From Eledone cirrhosa (lineage: Eukaryota), in NCBI GenBank assembly GCA_964016885.1, contig CAXHJY010001209.1, positions 1 to 64,000 on the forward strand: a DNA stretch of 64,000 nt, given 5' to 3'. The notes below the pieces were generated by a model. It was not told where the DNA came from, did not search any database, and saw only the letters and a list, made by a program, of their open reading frames with translations. Positions 56,280 to 64,000 of this stretch are shown in pieces. The position numbers and the translations under genes were made by a program. Within the stretch, counting starts at the first letter, position 1. Every line of letters begins with the position of its first letter.

Positions 56280-59200
56280 AATAGCACTAGCAACACCAAT
56301 ACCACTAGCAACACCAATACCACTAGCAACACAACACCAATACCACTAGCAACACCAATACCACTAGCAACACCAATAGCACTAGCAACACCAATACCAC
56401 TAGCAACACCAATACCACTAGCAACACAACACCAATACCACTAGCAACACCAATACCACTAGCAACACCAATAGCACTAGCAACACCAATACCACTAGCA
56501 ACACCAATAGCACTAGCAACACCAATACCACTAGCAACACCAATACCACTAGCAACACCAATACCACTAGCAACACCAATACCACTAGCAACACCAATAG
56601 CACTAGCAACACCATTAGCACTAGCAACACCAATACCACTAACAACACCAATACCACTAGCAACACCAATACCACTAGCAACACCAATACCACTAGCAAC
56701 ACCAATACCACTAGCAACACCAATAGCACTAGCAACACCAATAGCACTAGCAACACCAATACCACTAGCAACACGAATACCACTAGCAACACCAATACCA
56801 CTAGCAACACCAATACCACTAGCAACACCAATAGCACTAGCAACACCATTAGCACTAGCAACACCAATACCACTAACAACACCAATACCACTAGCAACAC
56901 CAATACCACTAGCAACACCAATACCACTAGCAACACCAATAGCACTAGCAACACCATTAGCACTAGCAACACCAATACCACTAGCAACACCAATAGCACT
57001 AGCAACACCATTAGCACTAGCAACACCAATACCACTAACAACACCAATACCACTAGCAACACCAATACCACTAGCAACACCAATACCACTAGCAACACCA
57101 ATACCACTAGCAACACCAATAGCACTAGCAACACCATTAGCACTAGCAACACCAATACCACTAACAACACCAATACCACTAGCAACACCAATACCACTAG
57201 CAACACCAATACCACTAGCAACACCAATAGCACTAGCAACACCATTAGCACTAGCAACACCAATACCACTAGCAACACCAATAGCACTAGCAACACCATT
57301 AGCACTAGCAACACCAATACCACTAGCAACACCAATAGCACTAGCAACACCAATACCACTAGCAACACCAATAGCACTAGCAACACCAATAGCACTAGCA
57401 ACACCATTAGCACTAGCAACACCAATACCACTAGCAACACCAATAGCACTAGCAACACCATTAGCACTAGCAACACCAATACCACTAGCAACACCAATAC
57501 CACTAACAACACCAATACCACTAGCAACACCAATACCACTAGCAACACCAATACCACTAGCAACACCAATAGCACTAGCAACACCATTAGCACTAGCAAC
57601 ACCAATACCACTAGCAACACCAATACCACTAGCAACACCAATACCACTAGCAACACCAATACCACTAGCAACACCAATAGCACTAGCAACACCATTAGCA
57701 CTAGCAACACCAATACCACTAGCAACACCAATACCACTAGCAACACCAATACCACTAGCAACACCAATACCACTAGCAACACCAATACCACTAGCAACAC
57801 CAATACCACTAGCAACACCAATAGCACTAGCAACACCAATACCACTAGCAACACCAATACCACTAGCAACACCAATAGCACTAGCAACACCAATACCACT
57901 AGCAACACCAATAGCACTAGCAACACCAATACCACTAGCAACACCAATAGCACTAGCAACACCAATAGCACTAGCAACACCAATACCACTAGCAACACCA
58001 ATACCACTAGCAACACCAATAGCACTAGCAACATCATTAGCACTAGCAACACCAATACCACTAGCAACACCAATAGCACTAGCAACACCAATAGCACTAG
58101 CAACACCAATAGCACTAGCAACACCAATAGCACTAGCAACACCATTAGCACTAGCAACACCAATACCACTAGCAACACCAATACCACTAGCAACACCAAT
58201 ACCACTAGCAACACCAATAGCACTAGCAACACCAATAGCACTAGCAACACCAATACCACTAGCAACACCAATACCACTAGCAACACCAATAGCACTAGCA
58301 ACACCAATACCACTAGCAACACCAATACCACTAGCAACACCAATACCACTAGCAACACCAATAGCACTAGCAACATCATTAGCACTAGCAACACCAATAC
58401 CACTAGCAACACCAATAGCACTAGCAACACCAATACCACTAGCAACACCAATACCACTAGCAACACCAATACCACTAGCAACACCAATACCACTAGCAAC
58501 ACCAATAGCACTAGCAACATCATTAGCACTAGCAACACCAATACCACTAGCAACACCAATAGCACTAGCAACACCAATACCACTAGCAACACCAATACCA
58601 CTAGCAACACCAATACCACTAGCAACACCAATACCACTAGCAACACCAATACCACTAGCAACACCAATAGCACTAGCAACATCATTAGCACTAGCAACAT
58701 CATTAGCACTAGCAACACCAATAGCACTAGCAACACCAATAGCACTAGCAACACCAATACCACTAGCAACACCAATACCACTAGCAACACCAATACCACT
58801 AGCAACACCAATAGCACTAGCAACACCAATACCACTAGCAACACCAATACCACTAGCAACACCAATACCACTAGCAACACCAATACCACTAGCAACACCA
58901 ATAGCACTAGCAACACCAATACCACTAGCAACACCAATAGCACTAGCAACACCAATACCACTAGCAACACCAATACCACTAGCAACACCAATACCACTAG
59001 CAACACCAATAGCACTAGCAACACCAATACCACTAGCAACACCAATACCACTAGCAACACCAATACCACTAGCAACACCAATACCACTAGCAACACCAAT
59101 AGCACTAGCAACATCATTAGCACTAGCAACACCAATACCACTAGCAACACCAATACCACTAGCAACACCAATACCACTAGCAACACCAATAGCACTAGCA

Positions 59201-59480
59201 ACACCAATACCACTAGCAACACCAATACCACTAGCAACACCAATAGCACTAGCAACACCAATACCACTAGCAACACCAATACCACTAGCAACACCAATAC
59301 CACTAGCAACACCAATAGCACTAGCAACACCATTAGCACTAGCAACACCAATACCACTAGCAACACCAATAGCACTAGCAACACCAATACCACTAGCAAC
59401 ACCAATACCACTAGCAACACCAATAGCACTAGCAACACCAATAGCACTAGCAACACCAATACCACTAGCAACACCAATAC
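56280..59480. repeat. 18-bp minisatellite ACCACTAGCAACACCAAT, ~175 copies
   Basis: Strict 18-bp period with a few recurrent variant units. Confidence 0.97.
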
Positions 59481-59529
59481 CAATGTTGTTACCCAATATC
59501 ACCACCAATACTAACACCAATTCAACACC

Positions 59530-62500
59530 AACACCACTAGCAACACCACTAGCAACACCACCACCAACACCACTAGCAACACCACTAGCAACACCACCCA
59601 CACCACTAGCAACACCACTAGCAACACCACCAGCAACACCACCAACACCACTAGCAACACCACCACCAACACCACTAGCAACACCACTAGCAACACCACT
59701 AGCAACACCACCAACACCACTAGCAACACCACCACCAACACCACTAGCAACACCACTAGCAACACCACTAGCAACACCACCAATACCACTAGCAACACCA
59801 CCCACACCACTAGCAACACCACCAACACCAACACCACTAGCAACACCACCAACACCACTAGCAACACCACCAACACCACTAGCAACACCACCAACACCAA
59901 CACCACTAGCAACACCACCAACACCACTAGCAACACCACCAACACCACTAGCAACACCACCAACACCAACACCACTAGCAACACCACCAACACCACTAGC
60001 AACACCACCAACACCAACACCACTAGCAACACCACCAACACCACTAGCAACACCACCAACACCACTAGCAACACCACCAACACCACTAGCAACACCACCA
60101 ACACCACTAGCAACACCACCAACACCACTAGCAACACCACCAACACCAACACCACTAGCAACACCACCAACACCACTAGCAACACCACCAACACCACTAG
60201 CAACACCACCAACACCACTAGCAACACCACCAACACCGACACCACTAGCAACACCACCAACACCACTAGCAACACCACCAACACCACTAGCAACACCACC
60301 AACACCACTAGCAACACCACCAACACCACTAGCAACACCACCAACACCAACACCACTAGCAACACCACCAACACCACTAGCAACACCACCAGCAACACCA
60401 CCAACACCACTAGCAACACCACCACCAACACCACTAGCAACACCACTAGCAACACCACCCACACCACTAGCAACACCACTAGCAACACCACCAGCAACAC
60501 CACCAACACCACTAGCAACACCACCACCAACACCACTAGCAACACCACTAGCAACACCACTAGCAACACCACCAACACCACTAGCAACACCACCACCAAC
60601 ACCACTAGCAACACCACTAGCAACACCACTAGCAACACCACCAACACCACTAGCAACACCACCCACACCACTAGCAACACCACCAACACCAACACCACTA
60701 GCAACACCACCAACACCACTAGCAACACCACCAACACCAACACCACTAGCAACACCACCAACACCACTAGCAACACCACCAACACCAACACCACTAGCAA
60801 CACCACCAACACCACTAGCAACACCACCAACACCAACACCACTAGCAACACCACCAACACCACTAGCAACACCACCAACACCAACACCACTAGCAACACC
60901 ACCCACACCACTAGCAACACCACCAACACCAACACCACTAGCAACACCACCAACACCACTAGCAACACCACCAACACCAACACCACTAGCAACACCACCA
61001 ACACCACTAGCAACACCACCAACACCAACACCACTAGCAACACCACCAACACCAACACCTCTAGCAACACCACCAACACCACTAGCAACACCACCAACAC
61101 CAACACCACTAGCAACACCACCAACACCAACACCACTAGCAACACCACCAACACCACTAGCAACACCACCAACACCAACACCACTAGCAACACCACCCAC
61201 ACCACTAGCAACACCACCAACACCAACACCACTAGCAACACCACCAACACCACTAGCAACACCACCAACACCAACACCACTAGCAACACCACCAACACCA
61301 ACACCACTAGCAACACCACCAACACCAACACCACTAGCAACACCACCAACACCACTAGCAACACCACCAACACCAACACCACTAGCAACACCACCCACAC
61401 CACTAGCAACACCACCAACACCAACACCACTAGCAACACCACCAACACCACTAGCAACACCACCAACACCAACACCACTAGCAACACCACCAACACCACT
61501 AGCAACACCACCAACACCAACACCACTAGCAACACCACCAACACCAACACCACTAGCAACACCACCAACACCACTAGCAACACCACCAACACCAACACCA
61601 CTAGCAACACCACCAACACCAACACCACTAGCAACACCACCAACACCACTAGCAACACCACCAACACCAACACCACTAGCAACACCACCCACACCACTAG
61701 CAACACCACCAACACCACTAGCAACACCACCAACACCACTAGCAACACCACCAACACCAACACCACTAGCAACACCACCAACACCACTAGCAACACCACC
61801 AACACCAACACCACTAGCAACACCACCAACACCAACACCACTAGCAACACCACCCACACCACTAGCAACACCACCAACACCAACACCACTAGCAACACCA
61901 CCAACACCACTAGCAACACCACCAACACCAACACCACTAGCAACACCACCAACACCACTAGCAACACCACCAACACCAACACCACTAGCAACACCACCCA
62001 CACCACTAGCAACACCACCAACACCAACACCACTAGCAACACCACTAGCAACACCACCAACACCACTAGCAACACCAGCAACACCACTAGCAACACCACC
62101 AACACCACTAGCAACACCACCAACACCACTAGCAACACCACCAACACCACTAGCAACACCACCAACACCAACACCACTAGCAACACCACCAACACCACTA
62201 GCAACACCACCAACACCAACACCACTAGCAACACCACCAACACCACTAGCAACACCACCAACACCACTAGCAACACCACCAACACCAACACCACTAGCAA
62301 CACCACCAACACCACTAGCAACACCACCAACACCACTAGCAACACCACCAACACCAACACCACTAGCAACACCACCAACACCACTAGCAACACCACCAAC
62401 ACCACTAGCAACACCACCAACACCAACACCACTAGCAACACCACCAACACCACTAGCAACACCACCAACACCACTAGCAACACCACCAACACCACTAGCA

Positions 62501-64000
62501 ACACCACCAACACCACTAGCAACACCACCAACACCAACACCACTAGCAACACCACCCACACCACTAGCAACACCACCAACACCACTAGTAACACCACCAA
62601 CACCAACACCACTAGCAACACCACCAACACCACTAGCAACACCACCAACACCACTAGCAACACCACCAACACCAACACCACTAGCAACACCACCAACACC
62701 ACTAGCAACACCACCAACACCACTAGCAACACCACCAACACCAACACCACTAGCAACACCACCAACACCAACACCACTAGCAACACCACCCACACCACTA
62801 GCAACACCACCAACACCACTAGCAACACCACCAACACCAACACCACTAGCAACACCACCAACACCACTAGCAACACCACCAACACCACTAGCAACACCAC
62901 CAACACCAACACCACTAGCAACACCACCAACACCACTAGCAACACCACCAACACCACTAGCAACACCACCAACACCAACACCACTAGCAACACCACCCAC
63001 ACCACTAGCAACACCACCAACACCACTAGCAACACCACCAACACCACTAGCAACACCACCAACACCAACACCACTAGCAACACCACCCACACCACTAGCA
63101 ACACCACCAACACCACTAGCAACACCACCCACACCACTAGCAACACCACCAACACCACTAGCAACACCACCAACACCACTAGCAACACCACCAACACCAC
63201 TAGCAACACCACCAACACCAACACCACTAGCAACACCACCCACACCACTAGCAACACCACCAACACCACTAGCAACACCACCAACACCACTAGCAACACC
63301 ACCAACACCACCACCAACACCACCAACACCACTAGCAACACCACCAACACCAACACCACTAGCAACACCACCCACACCACTAGCAACACCACCAACACCA
63401 CTAGCAACACCACCAACACCACTAGCAACACCACCAACACCAACACCACTAGCAACACCACCAACACCACTAGCAACACCACCAACACCACTAGCAACAC
63501 CACCCACACCACTAGCAACACCACCAACACCACTAGCAACACCACCCACACCACTAGCAACACCACCAACACCACTAGCAACACCACCAACACCACTAGC
63601 AACACCACCAACACCACTAGCAACACCACCAACACCAACACCACTAGCAACACCACCCACACCACTAGCAACACCACCAACACCACTAGCAACACCACCC
63701 ACACCACTAGCAACACCACCAACACCACTAGCAACACCACCAACACCACTAGCAACACCACCAACACCAACACCACTAGCAACACCACCCACACCACTAG
63801 CAACACCACCAACACCAACACCACTAGCAACACCACCAACACCACTAGCAACACCACCAACACCAACACCACTAGCAACACCACCAACACCACTAGCAAC
63901 ACCACCCACACCACTAGCAACACCACCAACACCACTAGCAACACCACCAACACCACTAGCAACACCACCAACACCACTAGCAACACCACCAACACCAACA
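59530..64000. repeat. 21/27-bp (also 12/24-bp) minisatellite ACCACTAGCAACACCACCAAC(ACCAAC), running off the window
   Basis: Shares the ACCACTAGCAACACCA core with the adjacent 18-mer array. Confidence 0.97.

Overview
AT-rich, microsatellite-saturated eukaryotic DNA. The SINE families and (TA)n/(CA)n density resemble an octopus or other coleoid genome (inference). Almost all ORF-track ORFs are translations of simple repeats. Recognisable content: (1) many copies of at least three tRNA-derived SINE families; (2) decayed RTE, R4/Dong-like and Penelope-type retroelement fragments; (3) a young 894-bp mariner element with 103-bp TIRs and an in-frame internally deleted transposase; (4) several mini- and microsatellites, including a >7.7-kb codon-periodic array at the right end; (5) one candidate GC-rich host exon. 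The most striking signal is a dense set of short, non-coding elements embedded in (TA)n tracts that carry type I hammerhead ribozymes (HHRs). I could fold complete HHRs by eye at seven loci (4462, 8438, 10541, 26200 with its mirror at 26087, 39679, 42289, 53390), plus several half or degenerate ones. Many sit in fold-back palindromes whose arms break at or near the ribozyme. This fits non-autonomous Penelope-like or retrozyme-like elements targeting TA microsatellites. All ribozyme calls are manual folds, not covariance-model hits.
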